Of a stretch of DNA of 64,000 nucleotides, positions 24,701 to 36,700 are shown piece after piece (positions within the stretch are counted from its first letter, which is position 1; each line of letters opens with the position of its first letter). The DNA is from Amphiscolops sp. MND2022. Its lineage: Eukaryota. The notes beneath the pieces are model-generated. The model ran no database searches. It saw only the letters and a list, made by a program, of their open reading frames with translations, and had not been told where the DNA came from. Location of the stretch: NCBI GenBank assembly GCA_964187785.1, contig OZ076409.1:16988001-17052000 (forward strand), given 5' to 3'. A program made the translations under genes and the position numbers.

Positions 24701-27700
24701 GAGCCGCCGCCAAGACTAGTCATTTTGCTTACCATTTTACTATTTACTTACCATTTTACTAATTAAGATATGGAGCATATGGTTGAATATAATTGTGTTA
24801 CACAACATAGATACAATCAAGGAAGCTTCCAACGGCCGCCCAAATGAATAATTCACACGAATCGCTGCATTTTGTAAAGCATTTGTTGTTATCATTTCCA
24901 GCCTTGTCTTATGCCCCCAGAAGTTCATGTTCAACCAGCAAGATAATCCGCAACTAACATGAAGGGTTTGAATTACGTAATATATTCCTTAACAAATTCG
25001 CCCTTCGCTATTTCGTTGCTCGATCAGATCCGTCAATTAGCAAAATAATCATCAGTCATTTCATTTGAAGCTTAGAAAATCTATAATCTGAGAAGGAATC
25101 ACACGTCATTCGAATGATAATCAAAGATGACGTTATCCGCTCAGATTGTCACAAAATTAATGAAAAATTGGGTCACCCCATTTTACCAAGTCAACGTTCG
25201 CTAGCCAAAAACTGTAAGCTCTAGAGAATTCCTACTGTTTGTGGGACAAAAAAGCCATGTAAATTTTGGAAGTGAACAGGCGCGTCTAGAGCTCCCGCTG
25301 AAAAAAAGTAACTTACATTTGTTAGCACAGCGAGAACTGCAATTGCTCCCAAAATGTTGAACCAGGTGCCTGAAATAAAGACAAAGATTGATTAGCAATT
25401 CGTATACTAAAAACTTCAAAAAGTGCAATGCTATGTTGAGACAATTTTATGCTACTTTTCGACTTCTAGATTCTTATTTTTCCAGGCATCGGAATTCCAA
25501 TTTTATGAGGCAGATCACGATTGCCTTTTTTGAACGTTATTCATTAAGAATACTTTTTGACCTTATTTCTTTGGGCGCCATTTACTTGAAAATAATTTAG
25601 TTCCGCGCAGGATTCTAATGATTGCGAGGCTTCCTTGATTGCGAAGTTCGCATCTTAACCACTAGGCCGAACGGCGTGAGCAAAATCTGTTCAATAAGTG
25701 TGGACCATTCAGTGTGAGGTCTGTGGTCTGAGGAAAAACTTGCCACAGTAAGTCGGGCACTTTTTATTACAGAAAGCGCCGACAAAAAATATCCGCTTCA
25801 GTAAAGAGGCCTCACTACACTCTAGTCGGACTATTCCTTTATTGGAAGCAACAATTTGGCAACAGCCAAAATATGAACCACGGCTACTCTTGGGATGAAT
25901 ACGGTTAATCAAGCCAACTACTCAAGTTTCATGAGCATGACAATTATGTAACATTCCTCGAAAAGTCTACCAGTTGATCTTGAGATGCGCCTTATGGGTT
26001 CTTTGACTTTTTGATGTTGAAAAGTTGTTGAAAACTGCCATTTATATTTTTGCCCTAATCCACAAGACGTTACGGTGACTTGACCAGAAATATGTTGAAG
26101 CCACCAGATGTTAATGATGGTCGTGGTCAAGTGATTAGAGAAATGTTCAATATATAGGCGAAGCAAGCAATTAAACAACGTGTGAAACTCGAATATCAAA
26201 GTTACCATAATGGACAGTTCCACGTCCGTGACTTCATCGAAATGCCAAGTACATGACAATTATGAAAGAGTGCAGATACTGTATATCTACTGACCAATAT
26301 CCTCGGCCTTTTGCGCCCAGGGTCGTCTGAGCTGGGTGACGAACTTGTATGCGTCCAGTTTGATCTCCACCATGTTGTTGAGGAATGCGAAGAAGGGTGC
26401 GAGGGGGAAGGCGGCCACGAACAGGGTGGTGAAGCCGAACTGGATCACCATTTCCAGGTACTCGTAGAACAGGTTCAGAGGCGGCTGTGCGTTCAGACAG
26501 TAATCTTTCTCCCATCTGGCCAGCTTCAAGTCTTCTTCCTGCAGAAAAAACGAGAAGCCTGTTTAGAATTGAATTATCAAGAATCGAAAAGCGAAGCTGA
26601 ATTATATAGGATCAAATGAGTTATTTAGAGTCGAATTTTGATGAATCGAAAACGATCGTAATTTTTCTAGAGAATATGAATCTAGTAATTATACAGTAAT
26701 TAAACGTCTTGTAAATAAGGTTGGAGAAATGCAGGTGTGAAATTAGTTTGCTTTGTCATCAGTTTTGTCCATTTAACCCCAAATAGTAGAGGTGCACCGG
26801 ACAGGAAATTTTCCGTCCGGCCGGATAACCGGACAGGACATTGAAGCCGGATTCAGGCCGGACTTGACATTATCCTCAATTGTAAGCGATGAAGGGCTGT
26901 TTTCAGAATTGGGCAATGAGGATTACGAAAAACGAACCAGGCCTTTACCACAGAGCGGTGAAAAACTATTTTCCCTCCGACATAATTTAATGAATTTTGA
27001 TTCAGTCACAAATTCAAGTTTTCGATGCACATACATATTTTCTAAGTTAGATATTCCGATTAGTTAAGATTATTCTTTTAAGATAATATCCGGCCGGACA
27101 TGGTAAAAAGTCCGGCTGGATACCGGACAGGACATTTTCCTGAAATCCGGCCGGATACCGGACCGGACTTGTTGTCCGGTACACCTCTACTAAATAGCAT
27201 TGTGGTACGTTTTTGCACCACTTAAGATCTGCAAACTTCTAAAGGTAATGGTAAAGAAAACTCTAGAATAAGATTTTCGGACAATATTACATAGCATTGC
27301 ACGCATTTTCACGGATTGTTGACTTGATGTCTCCAAAATCAAGAGAACGGGACCAAAAAAAATTTTAAAAAAATGAGCGCAAAATTTCCGTTTTTCGTTT
27401 TCTTGTGTGGCCAGTTTATACCACTGAGGACCAGATTGGGTCAAAGTGGCCCTAGCATCTTGCTGAAACACACCGTGCTAAGTTTTGGCGCAAAATGCGG
27501 AGCCAGTGCGGCAAAGCAAGGGACCTCCAACCCAGCAGTTTAAAAATCAAAATGAAAGCCCTGATTGTCTTCTTTCGAACGCGCTAAAAATAATTTGTCG
27601 GACTTGAATAGTTTTGGAGATATTGCGGTTCGAAGTTTAAACACCAGATTTTTGGATGGATCCCGAAAATTCATCCTCAATTCCGGGTTAAACTACAAAT

Positions 27701-30700
27701 CATCGATCATTACACAGAGTAGCCATATCCAAATCCGCTTGTTGAGATGTATTGTATTTCATCATTGAAGGTGACAATAAAGGAACTTCCTTCTACATTC
27801 ACAACACGTTTGTTCAACTGCCATCCCATTAAAGTAGATTAAGACGCCCACAAAACGGATATTTTTAGGTGAAGACATTTTCAACCTCAATCGAAATTAT
27901 CTTTATTGCAAGTCCTCACGAAATGGTCTCGAGTTGGAACAATCAACGGACAACTGGGCGAACCTTCTCTTGCTGGTCTTCTTCGATAACTTGGCCCTCG
28001 ATTGTTTCTTGTTCGCTCTTCTTCAGCTTCCGTTTCGCCATCCATTTGCGCAATGCACTGAAATCAGCAATTGTCTCAAGCGAATAATCAAAGGAGCACT
28101 ATTTCTATGAAAACGTTTGATTTTGTTCAGCTCTGATTTGTAAAGGAAGTGGTTCAACAGAGCATTCTGACAGAATATAAATTATTTCACCCTTGTTTTG
28201 CTAATCATTTTTTGAAATAAAATCATCATTGCTTCTCTCATAAGATCCGAAACCAACTTCAACTTGTTCATGTCTTCTTAATCAAAAACACCTGAATTTC
28301 GTTAACAATTAGTAGAATAACAATGGTTAGCATTCAGGAAGTTGCATAAAGTTGAGAGACCTGATAATGGTAAAAGATCTTGGAGGAACTAGCAATTCAA
28401 TTTATTTTTCAATTCTACAAGTTAGTCCTCAGGCATAAGGCTTATTCACTCAATTGTTCTGGTTCACTACAATTCACTGAGGTATAATTGGTTCATGGTT
28501 AACGAAGGTTAATACAGCACTTTGATTGACCTATTACCAGGAATATTTGGTGAACCAGAGCCGCATGTGCGGTAACGGAGTCGGAAACGGATTAAAATGT
28601 AGTAGGGGAAGGGGGGTTCAGATTCAATAAAGGATCCCAAAATTCTAAGATAGAATTCTTAGACTCAATCATGGATCCCAAAATTCTAAGATAGAATTCT
28701 TAGACTCAATCATGGATCCCTAATCTTAATACATGCATTCAAATTCTGAGCGTGGTAAGACAATTTGAATTTCCAACTAGCAAGGTTATGTTTGATATCT
28801 TGACAGTTTTGACCATCTTTGACAATTGTTCAAACTAGATAATGAAACCATCTTTCCGTACAAAGTCATCAAGCTGTATAAACGAGAATTTTAACTCTGT
28901 TATTCAATTATTGAAATGAACCATCGTTGATAGAAACAAAACCAATGTGAAAGGCCAACTGCTGAATGTTTTCTGACAAATTTTAAACATTTTAAAAACA
29001 ATCTGAAGGTAATTTCGAGAATCATCAAATTCCTCCGCGCTTTTTCCAATAACCAATAAGTTGAAAAATGGTTTTCTTTTTTGGTCGTTTTTCTGCAAGT
29101 GAAAAAATCAAAGCGTAAAGATTTGATGATTCTCAAAAAGATGCATCGCTGTGACGACTGCCAAAAAATTTTTGCTTCTAAAAAGTCACTCTATCAGCAT
29201 ATTCGATAAAAGCATGGAAAAGAACCAACATTGTCCCAATCAAAATTTCGATGTGGTCACTGTGAGACCGAATTTGTTTCAACGAGGAATTTACTTCGCC
29301 ATTTGAGAAATCAACATAACCTTGCTGGCAATTTTAAATGCAATTGTTGTTCAACCATTTTTGGAGCTCAAGTGCCCCTCAATGAACATTTGCGCACTTT
29401 CCATTCCATTCAATCAAATAGTCAAGTTACGAAGCGATTGAACTTTAGTGAAAGTGTTTCAGCTTCTGCCATCAAAACTGCAATAAAGTCTTCCTTTACG
29501 GTGTATCGTTTGGATCTTGAAAAGAACGACGTGGAACCTTTCCACTATTTGATATCCAACACAAAACATTACTTTCATAAACGCAAAGTTACCGGATGAT
29601 GGAAGCTCTCGCATCGGCCTAACTATCCATGTGCAACTCTGTAAGCCTCTGGAGGGTGAAAGAGTAGTCGTTTATTTTCACACCAGAATGGAACGATTCG
29701 GGCATGAAGTTATTGAAGACGATTACAATCATTTCGTGGACCAATTGATTTCTCAATTGAACATTTACTGTACTGCGGGTTCTGGATGGGTTGTTGAATC
29801 ACTTTTAGCTGTGGAAATCAAAGTCGCTGCCCCCATTAGGGAGACGGGATCTTCCTATATTGAGACTCCCGCCTCTCTCAGTGGCCTACGAAGAAGCATA
29901 TTGAATGTGAAGAACAAACGGGACGAGTTTTGCTTTCTGTATTCTGTATTGGCGGCCTTGTATCCTCAAAAGAAGAATGTTGACCGACCATCATCTTATG
30001 TAGATAAATTCGATGAACTACATTTCCAGAAAAGTGACTTTCCAATGTGTTTGAGCAAAATACGCTTCTTCGAAAAACGCAATGATCTGTCGATTACCGT
30101 GTATCGATTTGAAAACGAGACTTTGCAAAATATTTATCACTCAAAAAACCGAACCAGTCGTCGAAAAATTAAATTGTTATTGTTGGAGGGCCAGAAAAGT
30201 CACTACTGCCTAATCAAAAACTTTTCGAACTTGATGCACCAACTGCATCGATCTTCAAAAAGCGATGTAAAGGTCCGAAGAGTAAATTTTGTGGCAATTG
30301 CTTTCAACCCATCATCCGATCCAATTACAGAAAACATATTGAGTTTTGCGAGGATCACAAACCACTGGAAATTACAATGCCTCAATGCGATACGACATTG
30401 TCGTTCAACAATTGGCAAAAAACACAATGGTGTCCTTTTGTTGTCCATGCAGACTTGGAAGCTATCGATGTCCCGAGTGTCAACGGTTCTCAACAAACGC
30501 GAATGACTTCACACACAACTGAAATTGAAAAACAATATCCGGCAAGTTTCGGTGCTGTGCTTTTCGATCAACGAAGTTCTAGCATAGCAAAGAGCTCCTT
30601 TTATAAAGGATTGTATTGAGCGTTCGATGGATACGTTGAGAAGTTGGTTGTCTTGGACCTACCTTCAGAAGCAAAAACATCGCCAATTGAAATTGTCACA

Positions 30701-33700
30701 ATCGGAGCGAGAGCAGTTGATGTCTGCGCCTGAAATCGAGTGTTGTATCTGTGGCGCCAATGTGGATCATGGTCTCAGAGTCGTGCATCATTGCCACCTC
30801 ACGGGTTTCGTTTTCGGGGTGGCTCATTCTGAATGTATTTTGAAAGCGCGATCTGTCAACTTCTTGCCTGTCTTTTTTCATAACCTCTCTCGCTATGATT
30901 CACATCATATCATCAAAAATTTGTTGGTGAAGGAGCATGAAAAATTGTCTGCTATTTCAAGAACCGACGAAGTTTTTATTTCGTTTTCGATTACAGTTCC
31001 TGTGGGCTCCTACACTACAAAGAAAGGTAAAGTTGTTGAAGTTTCCAACGCTCTGAGATTTCTCGATAGCTTTCAGTTCATGGCTCAAGGTCTCGATGCT
31101 TTAGCGAAAACATTAAAGAATGAAGACTTTCTGCTTTTGAAAGATCACTTCACTCAAACCAATCCCGAGGTAGACTGGACGCTGCTTACTGAAAAAGGAT
31201 TTTTTCCTTACAGCTATTTAGATTCTTTTGGAAAGTTTAATGAACCCTTGCCACCCTTTGGAAACTGTTGGAAAAATTCATTGACTGGAAAGGTCGATAT
31301 AACTGAAGCTCAATACGCACAGGCACTCCATATTTATAACCTTTTTCAATGCCAATGTCTTGGCGACTGTCATGACATCTATCTGAAAATAGACGTTTTC
31401 ATCCTAGCCGATGTGTTTCAACTGTTTAGGAAAGTTTGTATGAAAGTGTATTCCCTGGATCCAGCGCATTTTTTCGGCACCAAATCTGAGCTGGGAGGCA
31501 ATGCTCATAACAACGCGAGCAACACTGGGACTTTTGTCAGATGTGGACATGCTACTTTTTTTCGAGAGAGGCATTCGTGGAGGGATAAATGGGATTGGCG
31601 AATTGCGTCATTTTGAAGCCAACAACTCTTATATGGACTCGTTTGACGACACAAAGCCTTCGGTCTTTGGCGCCTTCTTTGATGTGACGTCTTTGTATGC
31701 TGGAACAATGCAGTAAATGCTCCCACTCGATCAATATGCATGGAATGACGCGATAACACTCTCACAAATTCTTCAGACTGACGATGATTCTCCAGTGGGA
31801 TACTTTGTGGAGGTTGATTTGGAATATCCATCCTCATTGCATGATGAACACAATGATCTTCCTTTGGCACCTGAAAAGCTCACGATCAAACAGTCTTGGC
31901 TTTCATCATTTGCGCAAAGTTTTGGTATTAAAGTTTCTTCAGATGGTCCTAACAAGCTGATTGAAACACTCTTCGACAAGAACAATTATGTATGCCACTA
32001 TCGTAATTTAAAATTTTACATCAAACATGGTCTGAAAGTTAAACGGCTGCATCGCGTGATCCAGTTCAGACAGAGCAAATGGCTGGGAGACTATATATCA
32101 AAAAACACTGTGATGAGAAAGCAAGCAGTCAACGACTTTGAGAAAAACTTTTACAAACTAATGAGCAATGCTTGCTTCGGCAAAACAATGGAGAATTTAC
32201 GTAACCGCAGAGAGATTAGCTTCGTTCCGAGCAAAGAACAGGCTGAGAAAGCGTTTCAAAAGCCAACCTTCAAGGGGTTTCAAATCATTCACGACAGTTT
32301 GGTGTCTGTAACTATGACTCCATCCAAAATACTCTGGAACAAACCAACTCCTGTGGGTGCGTCTATTCTTGATCTCTCGAAACTTTGTCTGTACAAATTT
32401 CATTACGAAGAAATGAAACCTCGTTATCACAAAAACTTGAAGGTTTGTTACAAAGATACAGACTCTCTTCTTTACCGTATAGAAACGAAAGATTTATATA
32501 CTGAGATGGTCTCATTCAAACACTTGCTCGATTTATCCGATTATCCAGAGACACACTTCCTCCATGATAAATCAAACAAAAAAGTCCCACTGACAATGAC
32601 CGACGAGCTGCAAGGCAAGGTGTTGACTGAAATTGTTTGCTTACGATCAAAACTGTACAGTATTCAATTCCAAGGCGGCGTCAAGCAGAGCGCCAAGGGC
32701 GTTCAAAAGAGTGTGAAAAAGACTCTCCACCACGATTTGTTCAAGTCCTGCTTGTTCGATAAACAGCCTGTTCGTAAGTCAATGACACAATTGAAGTCCG
32801 AAAATCATCAAATTGTTGTCAACCGGGTCAATAAAATAGCCGTCAGTTCCTATGATGACAAACGCTACCTACTTGAAGATGGAGTACGGTCTCTAGCTTA
32901 TGGGCATTATTCACTGAGGAAGTTTGATGAAAATGGTTAGTTCTTTTCAGATCGCCTCCTACTTTTAAAATGTTTCTTGTTTAAGCTGTTCATATTTGTT
33001 ACAGGGCCATCTTGATGGTCAGTTTATGAATCTGATGGTGAGCAAAGTGTCTCGTCTCGGTCGTCTTCAAATGAATCTTCCTCCACCTTGTCTACCGAAT
33101 CTGACGATGACAATGAGCCTGTCACTGCTGTATATCCTGTTCTACACTCTCTCTTGGAATCAGCTGATTCTTTCAGTAAAATTTTCACTTGTCGATTTTA
33201 TTTTCAAACGAAAAAAAATTTGGCAACAAGAAAAGTTTTGTTCTTTAGGTCCACCGGATCCTGGTTTTCATCAGTCGCCGCAAAGGGAGCAATTATCGTC
33301 TTTGGACTGGGATGACTATGACGAAATGTTGGCAGCACAAGAGAAATGTGATGCCAAACCATCAGCTTGTCCCTTTCTTGACTACGAGGCCATCGAAGCC
33401 AGTGGTAGTGATAGTGAAGACAATGAGAATATTGTAACTGTCAAGAGCAAACGCGATCGATCGAAACGCCTAGTGTCTTATAGTGACAGCGACAACACGA
33501 ATGATGTTTAAAGAATTGTACAAAAAACTTGGTGTTGGGGTTATTTCGTATATTATCAGAGTAATAATAATAATATGGCTATAATATTCTAGTATAAAGT
33601 GTATTTGAAATTTTTTTACAATGTGAATTGAAGTATCTAACTAAATCAATTTCCGAAAGCATTTTCATAGTACTAATTTTGGGGAGAATTTTCTTCATCA

Positions 33701-36700
33701 ACGTTTCATGTGACAAGCTCAAAAGTGAAGTGCTATCGAGGATTTGACAAAAATTGTGGGCCATTAGAAGGCAATATAATCCACACAGGTTTGAACTAGG
33801 ATTCTGCAGAGGAAAAAAGATAACGTCGACATTGGCAACTTTTTTTGAGAGCTGGCTCAAGCGTTTGTGAATCCAAATGTGGCGCGACAGCTCTATTCCC
33901 AATGGGTCCCAAACCCAAATATTGACAAAGTATTTCATCCATGTTTTCAAACAAAGCCTTCGCGCCGGAGCTTTTCTTGTTTTGCGATGGCCAAATTCCT
34001 TTCCAACAGCAACGAGGCAAACTAGTAACCAATGTTGGCCAATTTGGTCCGACTTCGAAGTATTCACAATTTGATAGAAAAAATTAATAGCTCCTGATTG
34101 TTGAAAGCTTTTTTCGAGATCTTTCTCAACGAGAAAGTTGTCGGCGGAAGCGACGCCCAAGTTTTTGTTGAATAGCAAACGGCAGCAACCTTGTGTGAGT
34201 TGAATCAACGTTTCATTGTCCATTGGTCAATACCCAGAGTTTTTCAAAATGTTTCTGCTCGCGTCGATAGTAACCTGACTGTAGCGTTCGCCAATGAGAA
34301 ATAATTCTACTGCTTCTGGGAGGGCTGTTGCAAAGGTCAGTTTCATTGTCAATCCAGCCCCAGTCAGCTCCGGAAACAAGGTCAAGCTTTTACTTGCCCC
34401 TCTTGTGGAAGTTAGGTCGAACACGAGAAAGAAGTGATTGTCTTCGTATTCATCCAACGTGATTCCGTTACCGCTCCGCTCAAACCCTAGAGCTGTTATC
34501 ACATTGTAATACAGTCTTGAATTGTTGGTAGTGTCTAGCGGCGTGCCCGCTATGGGCAAGCCATTCCCACGCTGCAGTTCTACTTTTTGCAAGCTGAACT
34601 TTTCGTAACGGAATGGCGTGGAAGCTAAAGTAGTTCCTCTAAAGAAGCGATTTCGAACCATACACAGAGTCAGTCTACGAATAGGTTCTGTGCCGAAAAT
34701 GTTTTCCTTGACAAAGCAGTTTTGACCAGCTTGAACAATGAAACTTTTTGTCAAATTTTCAATATACGGATAGACCGCTCGACTTTTGGATAATGCTCGC
34801 TCAATGCTGACCTTCACGGCATCAGACAAGACAATTTTATTGACAAACAATGAAGCTTTCTCTATGGTCACAGTTGGGGCATTTTGTTCCAAATCTTTCA
34901 CATCCGCTGCATTCAGAGCTGTGAGGGTTTCCATTGCGCAAAGGTTAGATGATCGGTAGAAGCGCAAATGCAGCGTTACGCCGGGCAAAAGTAGACGCTC
35001 ACATACGAGAAAGTCAATATGAGGCGCTCCATACAATTGTACGGAACATTTTCCCTCGCTGGTGTTTTTGGCTACAATCTTAGCTTTAATTTCATCATTC
35101 ATGTTCTTGTCTCCGCGGTATTGGTAGCCCTGACATCGCGCCCATGTGGCTTTGCTAGTAGTGTCGGTTGATAATTCAGTTTCCACAAAAGCCGAGTGAT
35201 GATAGTTGTTGTTGCTGCTCGAAATCAATTTTTCATTTAGAAACAACTCAACGTGAGAAAATAAGGAGTGAAGAGTATTGTTGGCAAAGATGATGTTTTC
35301 TGAATCATTGAGGCGATCTGTTCCGTTTGGTTTGTACAGGGTCACTTCAAGTGAGAGACATATTCTGTTCAAGTCGATGCAATTTTTGCTATCGGCAGTC
35401 ACGAAAAAATCCAACTGGGGCCCGCGACAGCCAACGTGTGGGAATACTTCTTGATCAAACGAACCTTCGTAATTGATGAGCACTGACGGTTTCTCAAAAA
35501 AGTCCAATGCACTGTGCGTTACAGGATTGGCAATTTCAGAACATGCTCCACTAAACGTTATTGGCGCGGACGCTTGTGATGATGTGGATGACATTGATAA
35601 TTTCTAGGCTTCAGTGAATGCAACACTAGACAAAATGTCGGAGCGACTTCTCTTGGCAACGTTTTTGTTCAAAATGGCAATATTGTTGCTTTTCTTTCTT
35701 TTTCTACTCGACTGCACCGGATTTGTGCTGCCCCCGCGGCTGCCTGCCCGCCCGGTCGCGCGTCGATCAGCCGCCGTCGCCGCTGTCGTCCGCGCGTGAA
35801 GTGGGTGGGGTGGATCGAACAGCAGATGTTTTGACAGTTTTTTCGACTGACTTTTTCAATGATTCTTTCAACGCTTTCCGGGGCGGCTTTTTTTCCTGCG
35901 ACAATTTTGGGAATTTCGGGTACAAATGCCGAAACTAGATTTCGGCCAAATTCTGCCACAGGCACAAAATACTTTTTCACTAATGGCACAGCGACGCGGC
36001 CCATCCTCATTGCAAAGGCTCCTAGTCCCCCCGAGCCGTATTGGCGTGCGGGTCCTCGGAATGTAGTTGCGCTTGAAGACACTTTTGAAAGAATCTGGCT
36101 ATCATAATGCTGATCCATTGGGTTTTGTAACTTTTGTTGAATTTGAAGCAACCGTTCCCGTGGATCTGTAGTCTACAAATGATTTCTGAATGAGAATGGA
36201 GCAACACAGAGAAAGCAAACTTTAGCTGCATCGTTTGAATTGTAAAGTCACATTTGTGCGTCCGCGACTGAGGAATGGAATCAAGTCACCAGTCTCACTT
36301 CTTAGCGATATGGTGATTGATTGAATGGAACAATTGATGAGGCGTCGCCATTGAAGCTTGGAAAATGTTCGCTGATTGTTGCTTGTGGTTGTAGTTGAAA
36401 GAGGTATGGCGCGCAACAGAGCTGATCGCGTGTCGCCCAAAATTTCATTGTGGACCAAATCACAGTAGAGAAACATTGTATGGCATCCAGCCGTCAAGTC
36501 AACCGGATACTTTTCCATTCGGGCGTCGTGACTTTGCTCTTTACTAAAATCCATTCTGGACTTCTCATCAATTTTTCCATTTTCGTCAACATCATGATGA
36601 TTGTTGGCTTTCTCCTGCCCTGCACAATCAATGAGACTTTGCGACCCCAAAATGTTTTGCAAATCTTTTGACACAAGTCTTACTTTGAATGCATCCTCCG

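Noticed and set aside
32996-33248. N-terminal half of the 171-aa ORF as a real protein
   Set aside because: The alternative Ser/Asp-rich frame joined by a canonical intron explains the region better; not excluded outright.
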